Shown here one piece after another: positions 36,395-49,244 of a stretch of DNA of 64,000 nt. Position 1 is the first letter of the stretch. Each line of letters starts with the position of its first letter. A model generated the notes under the pieces. That model worked only from the letters and a program-made list of their open reading frames with translations. It had not been told where the DNA came from and did not search any database. This stretch comes from Octopus sinensis (Eukaryota). Made by a program: the position numbers and the translations under genes. The stretch lies in contig NC_043012.1 in NCBI RefSeq assembly GCF_006345805.1, positions 1,550,001 to 1,614,000 on the forward strand. The letters run 5' to 3'.

Positions 36395-36978
36395 ATCACC
36401 ACACATTACATATCCCGAACATCCCTATTTGACTTTCTATTGTCTCCGTTTTTAATTATTTAACTCTCCAATCTTATTTTTAATTGTTTAATAATTCATA
36501 TATGGGCATGTATACATGTATGCGTGCACGTATATATCCCTATGGATATATACGTATATATACCAAAAGGATGTGTTATAATACTTTACCGCATATACAA
36601 AAACAGCCAAACAAACAACCCAACATACCTCTATCATCAGCTGCCCCACGAATATCATTATAGTTTCGACACCTGGGCGGTACCATTCAATCCTGCGGTG
36701 TCAACAGCACTAAAATAACTGTTGTTTGGGAACAAACATATCAAAGAAACCACAACTTTCAAACACATTCATCGTATGTACAACAGTATCTATCAATAAA
36801 TTCAATAAGTAAATCAATAACCAGCTCCTAAATATGTAACAGCGACCAAACCTTCAAGTGATACATTTTATTCCCTATAGTCTTCCATAGTATAATATAT
36901 GTGTGTGTATGTATACATATGTATGTATGCGTATGTGTGCATATGTACGCATGTGTACGTGTGTGTACGTGTGTGTAC

Positions 36979-37036
<58 letters not shown>

Positions 37037-37041
<5 letters not shown>

Positions 37042-37200
37042 CTCCGTCTTCCTTTCTTTGGACTTTTACTGTTTTTTCTATATTCTGACGAAGAGCTCCG
37101 CTCAGAACGTGAAATCCGCCTTTCTTTCCTTTCCTGAGCGTCCAATAACACTATACTTATTCCACGTTCTCGCGTTGTTGTGTCTTCTCTTTGTTCACGT
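37037..37200 (+). mobile_element. Solo Penelope pseudo-LTR-like module with a decayed hammerhead
   Basis: CTGACGA A GAGC TCC GCTC AGAA CGTG at 37085-37111; (TA)n on both sides. Confidence 0.55.
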
Positions 37201-37207
37201 TTGATTA

Positions 37208-37242
<35 letters not shown>

Positions 37243-38344
37243 ATCTATATATATATATATATATATATACATATATATTATATATATGTATGTATGTATG
37301 TATGTGTGTGTTTATGTATGTATGTAGTATGTATTATGTGTGTATGTATGTGTGTGTGGTTATGTATTGTATGTATATATATGCGTATGGGTTTAAGTAC
37401 ATAAGTATGCGGACCTATATAATAGTTCATATACATGTATATGTATGTGTATGCGCGTGTGCGCATATCAATATATACTTCTTTCTTTCTATCTCTGATC
37501 TTCAGCCGCCACTATTCTATTAGCTAGTACAATAAACACCTCCGTCTATTTTTAGAAACTTGACCATTATATCTTATTATTCTTCCCTTCCTTTTTGAGG
37601 TTTACGACTCACTTTAGTAAACCTCCTTTCGTACCATTTTCTATACCTATCCCTACCCTATTCCACTCCCATTTCCTTCATAATATCTTGACCACCAACT
37701 AACACTCCTTTTTTTCATTTTCTCTTTGTTTCTTTCTTCTTTCCTCACCTGTTCCTTTTGACCATTCTTCTCTTTTTAACAAACATATCTTTTCTCTCCT
37801 CTCTACTTGATACTACCACTACATTCCCCAAATTTCACTCACACCACAAGACCCCTTTGAATGAACAGTACATGGAATCTACGTCTCCCCACTTTCCATT
37901 TGTAATGACAAAATATGAACGCCCATCGGAATGTATATATCGATTATGCATCAGCTCATGTATTTGCTGCCCTGGGCAAGATATTTTGAAGAAGATATAT
38001 CAGTTGCCCATGCACACAAGTCTCCCTCATTCCACGCTATACATATTTATACATGGGAAAAAAAACTATCACTTCAGGGCTGCGATAGCTTGGCAATAGT
38101 TTTCCCAGAAGTCGCTGTCAAAACACAAAGAGTCGGAAAAGATACCATGAGGCATCTCGCAAGAAGCATTTCTACCACTTCTACACACCACTTTCCTTGG
38201 ATAATGGAACTGCAACATTTTACATATATTTTAATTTTAATTTTTATTTTCTTATTTCCCTTTATACTTTTTATTTACATCTTTTTCTAAAATAACTCTT
38301 TACATTGAACTTTATTATTTCCCTCTATTTACCCTTCTCACATC

Positions 38345-38392
38345 GTCTTTGATGAAAGGACATCCCTAATATCCCAGAAACAGCTGTAAGAC
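38345..38392 (+). ncRNA. Minimal hammerhead with a C3U mutation
   Basis: GTCT TTGATGA AAGGA..TCCCA GAAA CAGCTG TA AGAC; palindrome ACAGCTGT, 4-bp stem I. Confidence 0.6.
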
Positions 38393-38599
38393 TAACTTTC
38401 TCTTTATAAATGTCCTGAAACATCCACACAGCCTTGGCATTGTTGTCTCATTTTATTTAGCATAAACATAGTCATACAAGACCCGCTATAGACGCCTCAC
38501 TCGTATTATTATCGAACCGAGATTTTAACTACGGTCCTTCCATAGCAGTTACATAGCCTTACCTGCCACCTTGGGTCTTCTGGATACCAACCTCTCGTG

Positions 38600-38985
38600 T
38601 GGTAAGTAGCTTGCTAACCAGCCACATGGTTCCGGGTTCAGTCCCACTGCGTGGCATCTTGGGCAAGTGTCTTCTGCTATAGCCCCGGGCCGACCAATGC
38701 CTTGTGAGTGGATTTGGTAGACGGAAACTGAAAGAAGCCTGTCGTATATATGTATATATATATATATATGTGTATGTGTGTGTGTTTGTCCCCCTAGCAT
38801 TGCTTGAAAACCGATGCTGGTGTGTTTACGTCGCCGTCACTTAGTGGTTCGGCAAAAGATACTGATAGAATAAGTACTGGGCTTACAAAGAATAAGTCCC
38901 GGGGTCGATTTGCTCGACTAAAGGCGGTGCTCCAGCATGGAGGCAGTCAAATGACTGAAACAAGTAAAAGAGTAAAAGAGAGAAA
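38600..38985 (+). mobile_element. SINE family B
   Basis: Reverse complement of 2445-2862, with a TAAAAGAG tail. Confidence 0.9.
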
Positions 38986-38987
38986 GA

Positions 38988-39045
<58 letters not shown>

Positions 39046-39170
39046 ATAGCCAGCCAATTCAAGGATATCTTATCCTCATTAGGGTTTAATAAACCCCAAA
39101 TTTCACTGTTTTAATGTTCATCACATTAGGAGAAAATTTCTACGTTGTGTTATGGATTATAATAGTTAAA

Positions 39171-39684
39171 TCTATATATATAAAACTGTAGTTGTGTGAG
39201 TGTCTGTCCCCTTCGATTTAGATTCCTAACTACTCCCACACTTTGCGGTGCAGTTTAACCAAATTCGGGTATCTTATAGTCGTGATTAATATCGAGCCCG
39301 TCTGGGTATTAGCGCGCGTCTACGATGAGTCTACGATTTTAAAAATAATTCAACATCATTTTTAATTCCATTTTAATGCATATTTTTTCGTGTGTCGATG
39401 GCGGCGGAGTTGGCGTCCATGTTCACATCTGCACCTGTGTTGCTTTTCCCCCTTCTTCCCTCCCTCGTGAAGCTGTGGGGAAGGGAGTGTAAGGAATCAA
39501 CGTCGTAATGCGTGTCAAGGAGACCAGCGTTCTTTTAGAACACAACGACTTCATGGCTTGAAGACACCCAAACAGAAATGGCTAAGAAAGCCCGAATTGG
39601 CATCTATAAGGGAAGTAACTCTCTAAAAATGCTTATATAGTTATTTCCCTTACAAACCCGAGCAACGCCGGGCGATACTGCTAG
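39171..39684 (+). mobile_element. Non-autonomous Helitron
   Basis: A|TCTATATATATAAA 5' end; CCCG-AGCAACGC-CGGG hairpin at 39657-39672; CTAG|T 3' end. Confidence 0.85.
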
Positions 39685-40399
39685 TTTAATAATATAAGAG
39701 AGAGAGATGAATATGTGTATTTAATTTATTTGCATCATAGTTTGTTTTTTAAGATGTAAATACAAATAAATTTCTTTTTTAAAACCACCATAGAAGACAC
39801 AAAAACCTACATATATTTCGATTCTAGTCCCTTGGTAATAAATTATTCAAAACATGGATTAAATTAATAGTTGTAAGAGGTAGAATCTCTTCAGGGTTTT
39901 GTTTTAATGATAACGAAGGCTACATCTTGTAGAGAGACTTGTGTACATGGGCAACTGATAGATCTTCTTCAAAATATCTTGCCCAGGGCGGCAAATGCAG
40001 GAGCTGATGCATAATAGATATTAGGCAAACGGCACCTTACTGAAAGATCTTAAAATTGAAATTAAAAAGGGGACGGGTGTCTTAAAAGGTAAACAAAAAC
40101 TAAACAACACAAACAATGCTGATAATAAATGGAGCTCTTGATATGATGGGAAAAAATCGGAATGAGACTACTGGGCGTTGTTGTCTGGACATTGACAATT
40201 TGGCACGGCTGGCTTGGCGTTCACCATGTTTTAATCACATTACGTTTGGAGCCAAACAATCTCACACGCATGCGTAGGCGGAAATATATACATACAGAGT
40301 GTGTGCATGTATGTGTGTTCGTTTGTGTGTATGTGTAAGAGAGAAAGAGAGAGAGGGGGAGGGAGGGAGAGAGAGAGAATAGAGGAAAACATTACACAA

Positions 40400-40714
40400 G
40401 CGTGGCTGTGTGATAAGAAGCTTGTTTCCCAACCAAATGTTTCCGAGATCTGTCCCACTGCGTGGCATCTTAGGTAAGTGTCTTCTATTTTAGCCATGGG
40501 CCGACCAGAGCCTTGTATGTGGATATGGTAGACGAAAACTGAAAAGAAACTTATCGTGGAGTGACTGTGTGGTAAGTAGCTTGCTTACCAAAGACATGGT
40601 TCCGGGTTCAGTCCCACTGCACGGCACCTTGGGCAAGTGTCTTCTACTATAGCCTCGGGCCGACCAAAGCCTTGTGAGTGGATCTGGAAGATGGAAACTG
40701 AAAGAAGCCCGTCG

Positions 40715-40751
<37 letters not shown>

Positions 40752-40985
40752 TGTGTGTGTGTGTGTTTGTGTGTCTGTGTTTGTCCCCCCCCCCCCAACA
40801 TCACTTGACAACTGATGTTGGTGCGTTTACGTCCTCGTAACTTAGCAGTTCGGCAAAATAGACCGATAGAATAAGTACTAGGCTTACAAAGAATATGTCC
40901 TGGGTAGATTTGTTTGACTAAAAGGCGATGCTCCAGCATGGCCGCAGTCAAATGACTGAAACAAGTAAAAGAATAAAAGAATGTG
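40400..40985 (+). mobile_element. SINE family B: a 5' half followed by a full copy
   Basis: Two heads, at about 40402 and 40558. Confidence 0.85.
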
Positions 40986-41304
40986 TGTGTCTGTGCTTAT
41001 AATCATATAACGACAGATGGATAGTGTTCACTCACTACAGCTGTTACAGACGTGTTATTTATGGATGAACAGAATTGTGTAGTTTATAAAGGAGAATAAT
41101 TAAGGCGACAGTCACCGTAATTATTCTCCATAAATAGGCAACAAACTAGTGAACGTATATCATTCTCTGGCCGAAGTTTGTCGGGGAATCATAAAATGGC
41201 ACATACCTGGATTCATTGGAATTTTTTTTTTTATTATAAATGTTTAACTCGTGCATATGTTCACCTGGTGAAAACGGTTTTTTGTCACATTATGTAATAA
41301 CTCT

Positions 41305-41880
41305 AAGGCAGCGAGTTGGCAGAAACGTTAGCACACCGGGCGAAATGTTTAGCAGTATTTCGTCTTGTCTTTACGCTCTGAGTTCAAATTCCGCCGAGGC
41401 CGACTCTGCCTTTCATCCTTTCGGGGTCGATAAATTAAGTACCAGTTACGCACTGGGGTCGATGTAATCGACTTAATACCTATATCTGTCCTTGTTTGTC
41501 CGCTCTGTGTTTGGCCCCTTGTGGGTAATAAAGAAATAGGTATTTCGCCTGTTGTTACGTTCTGAGTTCAAATTCCGCCGAGATCGACTCTGCCTTTCAT
41601 CCTCTCGGGGTCGATAAATTAAGTACCAGTTACGCACTGGGGTCGATGTAATCGACTTAATACCTATGTCTGTCCTTGTTTGTCCGCTCTGTGTTTGGCC
41701 CCTTGTCGGTAATAAAGAAATAGGTATTTCGCCTGTTGTTACGTTCTGAGTTCAAATTCCGCCGAGGTCGACTCTGCCTTTCATCCTTTCGGGGTCGATA
41801 AATTAAGTATCAGTTGCGTACTGGGTCGATCTAATTGACTGGGAACTCCACCAAAAGATTTCGGGCATTGTGCCTAGAGG
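41305..41880 (+). mobile_element. SINE family C with three tandem 184-bp modules
   Basis: CTGAGTTCAAATTCCGCCG at 41378, 41562 and 41746. Confidence 0.9.
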
Positions 41881-42567
41881 TGATGCCAAACAGGTGACAC
41901 GAAAACGGCTGTGCCAAGCGGTTGTGCCAAAATGTGCGGGCAAACATACAAACTATACTAGCGCTCACGATATTACATATCTTTCTTTAGAAAATAACTA
42001 TACTACACAATATATTCTCATTCTGTAGAACAACTCAACCATTGCAGGGTTTGCATACAACATGTTTCCTGTACAATCCCCACCCACACACTTCTGCATT
42101 TGTGAAGACTGAAAGTATAATGTCCTTGCTTAACATTATCCTATACGTATATAAAAATCATAATAATGAAGGATGTGAAGCAGAACAGGTAACATGTCAC
42201 GAAAAAACGGGTTAAAATATTCAGTGCAGTATAAGAATATAAAGAAAAGAACTCAGTCAAAATTGTGGGAAACTACGCTGGTGAAATTCATGGTAACATA
42301 CGACACATGAGTATTTTATACTCGAGTATTCCTTGCAGTCTCCCAACTGCCACCCACAAGCGTAATTCAAGAACTGTTCCACCCACGTTCGAAGTAGACC
42401 CAAAGAATTGTAACAGGGTTATAGGCCCATCAACAGAGGATGATGTCATCTTCAATGGTAGGTATGGACTTGCTTCTCCAGGTGCCGAATTGCAAACTCA
42501 CCGCTGGTTTGGTCTGGTAAAGCCTTGTCAGTAGATTTGGTAAACGGAAACTGAAAAGCTTACCGTG

Positions 42568-42606
<39 letters not shown>

Positions 42607-42610
42607 CATA

Positions 42611-42782
42611 TGTAAATGCTATATGTGACAATTATTCGGTAGCCATGATAAAACTTTGAGTTTCGGATACCGAGATGGAAAACCACGCCGTCATCTCTTC
42701 AGTTATCCGGCCATCCACCTCGGCATCCGAAACTCGGAGTTTTATCATGGCTACCGAATAATTGTCACATATTACATTTACA
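42611..42782. repeat. Foldback module with a hammerhead (minus, 42647-42707)
   Basis: About 70-bp arms; GATAA CTGAAGA GATG...TATCC GAAA CTCAAAG TT TTATC. Confidence 0.8.
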
Positions 42783-42868
42783 GATAAATTCCTCTATTTA
42801 CATAATATTGAGGTCTCTTTCTTTCTTTTGTTGTCTTACCATTTATATATATATATATATATATATGT

Positions 42869-44313
42869 CCTAGCAGAGATACCCGGCGTTACCCGTGTTA
42901 CATACAATTGAAGAATTAGACTTTTCTGTTATATATTTTCTCTAACTGGAATATCTATGTTTCGAATTTCATCAAAATTGCAGATGAGGGTTATTTCCCT
43001 CTTTACACACCCAAACAAAATTGTAATCGTGTCACATGTATCCCATACTACTGATTTTTATGCGCATATTCCAAAATTCCAGTCTTACTGAACCTGTTAA
43101 AAAGATTTTACTCCTGAAAAATGGAGGTCATGGAGCTCTAAAATGTGAGAGTTAAGGCCCCTATTGGGGGTGGGCATTTTAATATCAACCAGAGAAGTTG
43201 AATTGTTGAGAATCTTGGGTCTTATATCTATTGTTTGAATTTCTTTGAAATAGGAAATATATGTTCACTGGGTTTGTAAAAGAGAGCAAAGCTATAGGAA
43301 ACCAAAAGACGAATGATCACAATAAGCAGTCAGTTACCCTACCCTAGTCGTTACCACTCTCAATGTAGGATTCCTCTCCATCCAGGTGACTGGCACAGTC
43401 GTAAGGTGCATATCTATTGGAAGGGCGTGACCCAACTGAAATAAACATTAACAACTGTGTGACGTGAGGGCTAAGGAAAAATGAAAGTTGGAGTTTGCAA
43501 TTGACCACTATACTGATACGTAACTGGACAGAATAAATTTACAATCTATAAATGTCTTTGAATAACCAGTCTCTCATCTAGGAAGGCCTTGAAATCAATG
43601 TTACCATCTGGGGACTATGTGTGACCCAGTGATAATAAAAAGACTGACAGGTGGTCTGCAATCAAATAAATTTACTCAACACTTTGCAACTGAATCAGTG
43701 GAGGCAAAGATGCCTCTCATTTACTTGACAATTTATGCACCACATTGCAGGTATCACAATCTAAGTACATGTCAAAGCAAACTGTTACACTATTGTACCA
43801 CTGAATTAGAAATAATGCTCAACGTTTATGCTCGGGTAACCCTACAGCTTCCAAGAGCACAACTGTATTCGTTTTTGCTTAGATAAAATGACAAAATTGT
43901 GGGTGTTAAGTCCCCATGGAGGGGTCTTTGTAACTTGTAAGAAGATGAAATTTTATAAATATTACTTCATTTGTGTCTAATATCTATGGTTAAAATTTCA
44001 TCAACAACAATATATTATATATATATATATATATATTATATATTATATATAGTATATATATAATATGTATGTATACACACACACACACACACTCACACAC
44101 ACATACACATACACACACACACACACAAATAAATTGATAGATACAACTGAGTGTGCAAACATTGCCCTAGGCAAGAAGTTAAACATTTTTGGGGCCGTGA
44201 CACTACATGGACCCTAAGTAAGGTATGTGTAAAACTTGAATGAAATTGGTTGTGTAGTTTTCAAGTTTTAGGGATTCACACAGACAGCCAGACAGATTGT
44301 CACACATTCTCAG

Positions 44314-44320
<7 letters not shown>
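42869..44320 (-). mobile_element. Helitron derivative with a decayed helicase C-terminus
   Basis: 3' end CGGGTAACGCCGGGTATCTCTGCTAG; 5' end near 44320 (TATAA..CTGTCTGGCTGTCTG..AACTACACAACCAATTTC). Remnants GLPEHK, IITGSHIVPR and GQ..H.QL..FSWV in 43420-43860. Confidence 0.6.
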
Positions 44321-44349
<29 letters not shown>

Positions 44350-44359
44350 CTCTCTCTCT

Positions 44360-44578
44360 CTTTTTTTACTCTTTTCACTCTTTTACTTGTTTCAGTCATT
44401 TGACTGCGGCCATGCTGGAGCACCGCCTTTAGTCGAGGAAATCGACCCCGGGACTTATTCTTTGTAAGCTCAGTACTTATTCTATCGGTCTCTTTTGCCG
44501 AACCGCTAAGTGACGGAGACGTAAACACACCAGCATCGGTTGTCAAGCAATGCTAGGGGGACAAACACAGACACACAA

Positions 44579-44613
<35 letters not shown>

Positions 44614-45225
44614 CATATATACGACGGGCTTCTTTCACAAGGCATTGGTCGGCCCGGGGCTATAGCAGAAGACACTTGCCCAAGATGCCACGCAGTGGGA
44701 CTGAACCCGGAACCATGTGGTTGGTTAGCAAGCTACTTACCACACAGCCATGTATCTAGGAGGAGTCATTCTCTTTTAGTACTTTATTATTTACCACATT
44801 CACCGGTTCGATTTCCACTCATTTACATTTTTCTAAAATTTTCGTTGCGTCTTGCAACCTTTTCAATGGTCGTTGATCTGTCCGTAATCAGAGCTGCGTT
44901 CTATATTCTTTTATTCTTTTACATGTTTCAGCCATTTGAATGCAACCGTGCTGGAGCGGCGCCTTTAGTCGAGCAAATCGACCCCGGAACTTATTCTTTG
45001 TAAGCGTAGTATTTATTCTATCGGTCCCTTTGCCGAACCGCTAAGTTACGGGGACGTAAAAGCTCGGGGGACAACCACAGACACACACATATATATGACA
45101 GGCTTCTTTCAGTTTCCGTCTATCAAATCCACTCACAAGGTTTTGTTCGATCCAAGGGTATAGTAGATGACACTTGCTCAAGGTGCTACGCAGTGGGACT
45201 GAATCCGTGGTTGGGAAACAAGCTA
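44360..45225 (-). mobile_element. Two SINE family B copies (44360-44752, 44905-45225)
   Basis: Homology to 2445-2862. Confidence 0.85.
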
Positions 45226-45320
45226 TATATATATATATATATATATATATGTAGGTCCCGGGTTGATTCGGGGTTAACCACAGTAAATAAGGTACTCAAT
45301 ACATAGCAGAGTAAAATTAA

Positions 45321-45449
45321 TTTATTATATAGAAGGAGCTTCTACAGGACTAGAACTGTTTCATTCAAGAGAAATCTTCAGGAAGCTTCCTGAAGATTTC
45401 TCTGAATGAAACAGTTCTAGTCCTGTAGAAGCTCCTTCTATATAATAAA
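45321..45449. repeat. Spacerless 129-bp palindrome centred on AAGCTT, with hammerhead cores
   Basis: CTGAAGA TTTC TCT GAAT GAAA CAG at 45390-45414 and its mirror copy. Confidence 0.9.
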
Positions 45450-45518
45450 ATAAAAAAAAAAATTATATATATATAATATATATAATGTATATATATATGT
45501 ATATATATGTATATATAT

Positions 45519-45603
<85 letters not shown>

Positions 45604-45786
45604 ATATATATTTATATATACAAAGAGCAATAAAGATTCAAGTTAATTTAAATGAATTTACTTGAATATGGTACCTAACTTAGATGCACCAAAAAAAACT
45701 ATACTGATTTAACAATACAGTAATGTGGGGTGATTATAAGCGAGAAAGAAGCAACAAGAATGGATAGGTTTTTAGTACGATCGTTT

Positions 45787-45833
<47 letters not shown>

Positions 45834-45852
45834 TTATATATATATATAATAT

Positions 45853-45886
<34 letters not shown>

Positions 45887-46064
45887 GTATGTAAATATAT
45901 GTGTATGTGCATATATATATATGATATATATGTGATACATATATGTACGTGTGTGTGTGGTGTGTTTCTGCCTGCATTTGTCTTACCGCCAAGCTTGACA
46001 ACCAGTGTTGGTTTGTTTACGTCCCAGTAGCTTAGCAGTTTGGCAAAAGAGGGACTTCTCCAAC

Positions 46065-46355
46065 CATAGATCCTCTTTCAAGACCCCGAAAAGGAGATAC
46101 GCTACGTCTTCAGCCAGCCATATATAGCGGCTGAAAAACGACAGAACTCCACGCGTAATACATTGGAAGATCCGAGAAAATCGAGGCCCTTACATAAATG
46201 GGACCAAGCGTTGTAAACTGTGCGTAGTGAAATGGATGAGGAAATTAACAGTCTCTCTCGACCCGGGGAACATCCTCAACTCCAGGACGGAGGTCTTCGG
46301 ACCCTTCTTGCACTTCAGGAAATTTCTGCTGCCGTCCTGGGATCAATACCCCTAA
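46065..46355 (+). mobile_element. Penelope-like GIY-YIG C-terminal fragment
   Basis: TSSASHI*RLK...IHWKI...PYINGTKRCKLC...ILNSRTEVFG..LHFRKFLL. Confidence 0.8.
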
Positions 46356-46567
46356 CATGGCCAATTGATAGCGGTCAAAAGGAAACAATCTGTCGCTGAC
46401 ATAGAGCAACGCGGTTTCTTCCTCCCCCATTTTCTGGAGAGGCCACTTACAAGAGAAGCCATAGGTCAACGGGCTTTGGGGTCTGAAGAAACGGTGTAAA
46501 GCTAACAAGGTAACGCCATAAACCGGCCATACCTAACTTTATCAATATACTCTACTGCTCTATCAGT

Positions 46568-46941
46568 GGAGGCGCAATGGCCCAGTGGTTAGGGCAGCGG
46601 ACTCGCGGTCATAGGATCGCGGTTTCGATTCCCAGACCGGGCGTTGTGAGTGTTTATTGAGCGAAAACACCTAAAAGCTCCACGAGGCTCCGGCAGGGGA
46701 TGGTGGTGATCCCTGCTGTACTCTTTCACCACAAACTTTCTCTTACTTCCTGTTTCTGTTGTACCTGTATTTCAAGGGGCCGGCCTTGTCACTCTCTGTG
46801 TCACGCTGAATATCCCCGAGAACTACGTTAAGGGTGCGCGTGTCTGTGGAGTGCTCAGCCACTTACACGTTAATTTCACGAGCAGGCTGTTCCGTTGATT
46901 CGGATCAACCGGAACTGTCATCGTCGTAACCGACGGAGTGC
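46568..46941 (+). mobile_element. SINE family A, tRNA-Arg-like head
   Basis: GGCGCAATGGCCCAGTGGTTAGGGCAGCGGACTCGCGG...GGTTTCGATTCC. Confidence 0.9.
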
Positions 46942-47944
46942 TTCCATTCACTGCTCTATCACTCTATAAGAGTGTGCCTCTTTTTCGTATTTATGATTTA
47001 TTGAATATATATGTGTGTATGTATATGTATGCACATATATGTGTGTGCCTGTGTGTTTGTGCGTGTGTCTGTGTGTTTATGAGATTTAAATCAAGTTGAA
47101 GAGACAGTTCGAGATTACAGTTTTTACCGCGATTTCAAGTAACTTATTTTCAAAATGGCAATGAAGTACACTTGTAAAAATATTGCTTATATAACCCCAG
47201 AAGTGGAAGGTGACGTGAAGAGAATAATAAATGTAGAATAGGAAGGCGGGTGTCGAATTTAAAAGAGGGTGGGAATTGGGGTAGTTTAATAAGTCACGAA
47301 ATTAGTCACGAATTTTGGATACAGAAGTTATTTACGTAGAAAAATTAAACTAAAGTTGAGAGAAACATAATAAAATAGAATACTATAAACGAAAAAACAC
47401 AAATAGAAATTGCATACTAGGTGTACACGGCTTACATAAGAATAGATAAATAAAATAATGATGCTTTGTGAAAATATACCAATACACAAAAGTAATTCGA
47501 GGGAGTGTCTGTGGATTTTATAGAAAGTCATTGAGGTGTATAAATTTGTATAATATATGTCTGAGTCGTGTGGTCTGTTCTTTAGAAACAACGTCTATAT
47601 CTGCAGTTAAATAAATGACGTTAGATTTTGTTTATCATTTCAACATTTTCAATCCACAAATACGCATTAGCGCTGTCATGGGCGAACTTCTTGAATATTG
47701 CATGACTTTCTGAATGGCACGTCTAACGAAATATTTACCTTTTAAATCTTTTATTCTTTTGCTTGTTTCAGTCATTTAACTGCGGCCATGCTGGAGCACC
47801 GCCTTACAGAGTTAGAGTTTGGTCAGGACAAATGTTACTCTCTTTACTTATTTCGGTCCTTTGACTGCGGCCATGCTGGAGCACCGCCTTTAGTCAAGCA
47901 AATCGACCCCAGGACTTATTCTTTGTAAGCCTAGTACTTATTCA

Positions 47945-48330
47945 CATCAGGACAGCTGACCTCTATGACGGCACGTAATTTTTCTTGTCTGTCCGAAACA
48001 ACAATATCCAGTTACACTTAACAGATGGCTTGATGGGAATGTTCCACCAGAGTTCCTTCTGCTAATATTTGTGTACGTATTCTATAACGGGAATTCTCTA
48101 TATTTATTCAAGGACAGTCTTTTTTCCAGATGGTACAGTATATTGTTTTTTGCTACAACGTCGTGTCACATAAGGATGTAGTACATTGATGACATTATTG
48201 GGCAGCTCCTAATCATATGTGTGATGTCTTCCACAGATGTCTTCCACAGATGTATGGTATTATCTACATTCACAGTTGTATCTTGGAACTCCAGTAGCTT
48301 CACTGTCTCTTTTGTTGATTAGGTATCAAG
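47945..48330 (-). mobile_element. R4/Dong-clade LINE C-terminal fragment
   Basis: EDITHMIRSCP...HDVVAK (CCHC region); WWNIP..PDIVVSDR...IEVSCP (REL endonuclease). Confidence 0.75.
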
Positions 48331-48455
48331 TAGCAATCTCCTGTTCTTAAATTGCAAATGCATAACCTTCGAAGAGTGATGTGATGTAGCGGCCACAAGT
48401 CCAAGAGAGGCTTCGCTTCGTGTTAATGTTACTGTCTTTCTCAAGCCTTCATAAT

Positions 48456-48489
<34 letters not shown>

Positions 48490-48579
48490 TTTAAGGTATG
48501 CTAGTCTGGCTGATTTGATGTTGTTTTGGAGGTCATCCGGAGAGAGTGCTTCCTGAGGAGCTCACTTCCGAAACATAGG

Positions 48580-48645
48580 ATGTATGTATGTATGTATGTA
48601 TGTATGTATGTATGTATGTATGTATGTATGTATGTATGTATGTAC

Positions 48646-48676
<31 letters not shown>

Positions 48677-48746
48677 TGTATGTATGTATGTATGTATGTA
48701 TGTATGTATGTGTGTATGTGTGTATGTATGTGTGTACGTATGTATG

Positions 48747-48778
<32 letters not shown>

Positions 48779-48800
48779 TGTATGTTGTATGTATGTATAA
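48580..48800. repeat. (TATG)n microsatellite
   Basis: Simple repeat. Confidence 0.95.
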
Positions 48801-49244
48801 AAGGTTTTGAATGGTACAACGATGCACTATAATGCAAACAATGGACTATATACCTGTTGCAATTTAGTCATCTATAGTCTGATAATATTTCGGAATAAAA
48901 TTCCTTCTTAGATGGAGTCGCCGCTGATGTATTATATACGTACATACGTATGTATGCATAAGAAAAGAATACACCTGACTGTAAACAATAAAGGAAAAAA
49001 AGAAACACATACAAATAAACATATATGCACACACGTATACACACACACACATATGTGTGAGTGTGTTAAGCGTACATAGATTTGAAAAAAAAATGTGTAT
49101 ATGGCGTACAAACATGTACATATGTTACAGGCATTACAAGCATACGTGTATATTATGTAAGCGTGGAAAAATAATTGTATTCATATTTATGAGAAACACA
49201 GTGTTATTCTTATAATTATCATCATCATCATCATTATTCAATTT

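Noticed and set aside
36655-36715. GACACC...GGTGTC GAAA on the minus strand downstream of the GIY-YIG remnant
   Set aside because: A good stem II but no CUGANGA at the right position and no stem I.
41305-41880. Regularly spaced repeats resembling a CRISPR array
   Set aside because: Whole 184-bp units are repeated with no unique spacers; eukaryotic SINE context; no cas genes.
46478-46510. CTGAAGA AACGG after the Penelope fragment
   Set aside because: No closing stem or GAAA; at most a truncated motif.
46568-46645. tRNA-Arg-like sequence
   Set aside because: It is the head of a SINE, continues into the SINE body and lacks a proper acceptor stem; not a tRNA gene. The same applies to the other SINE heads.
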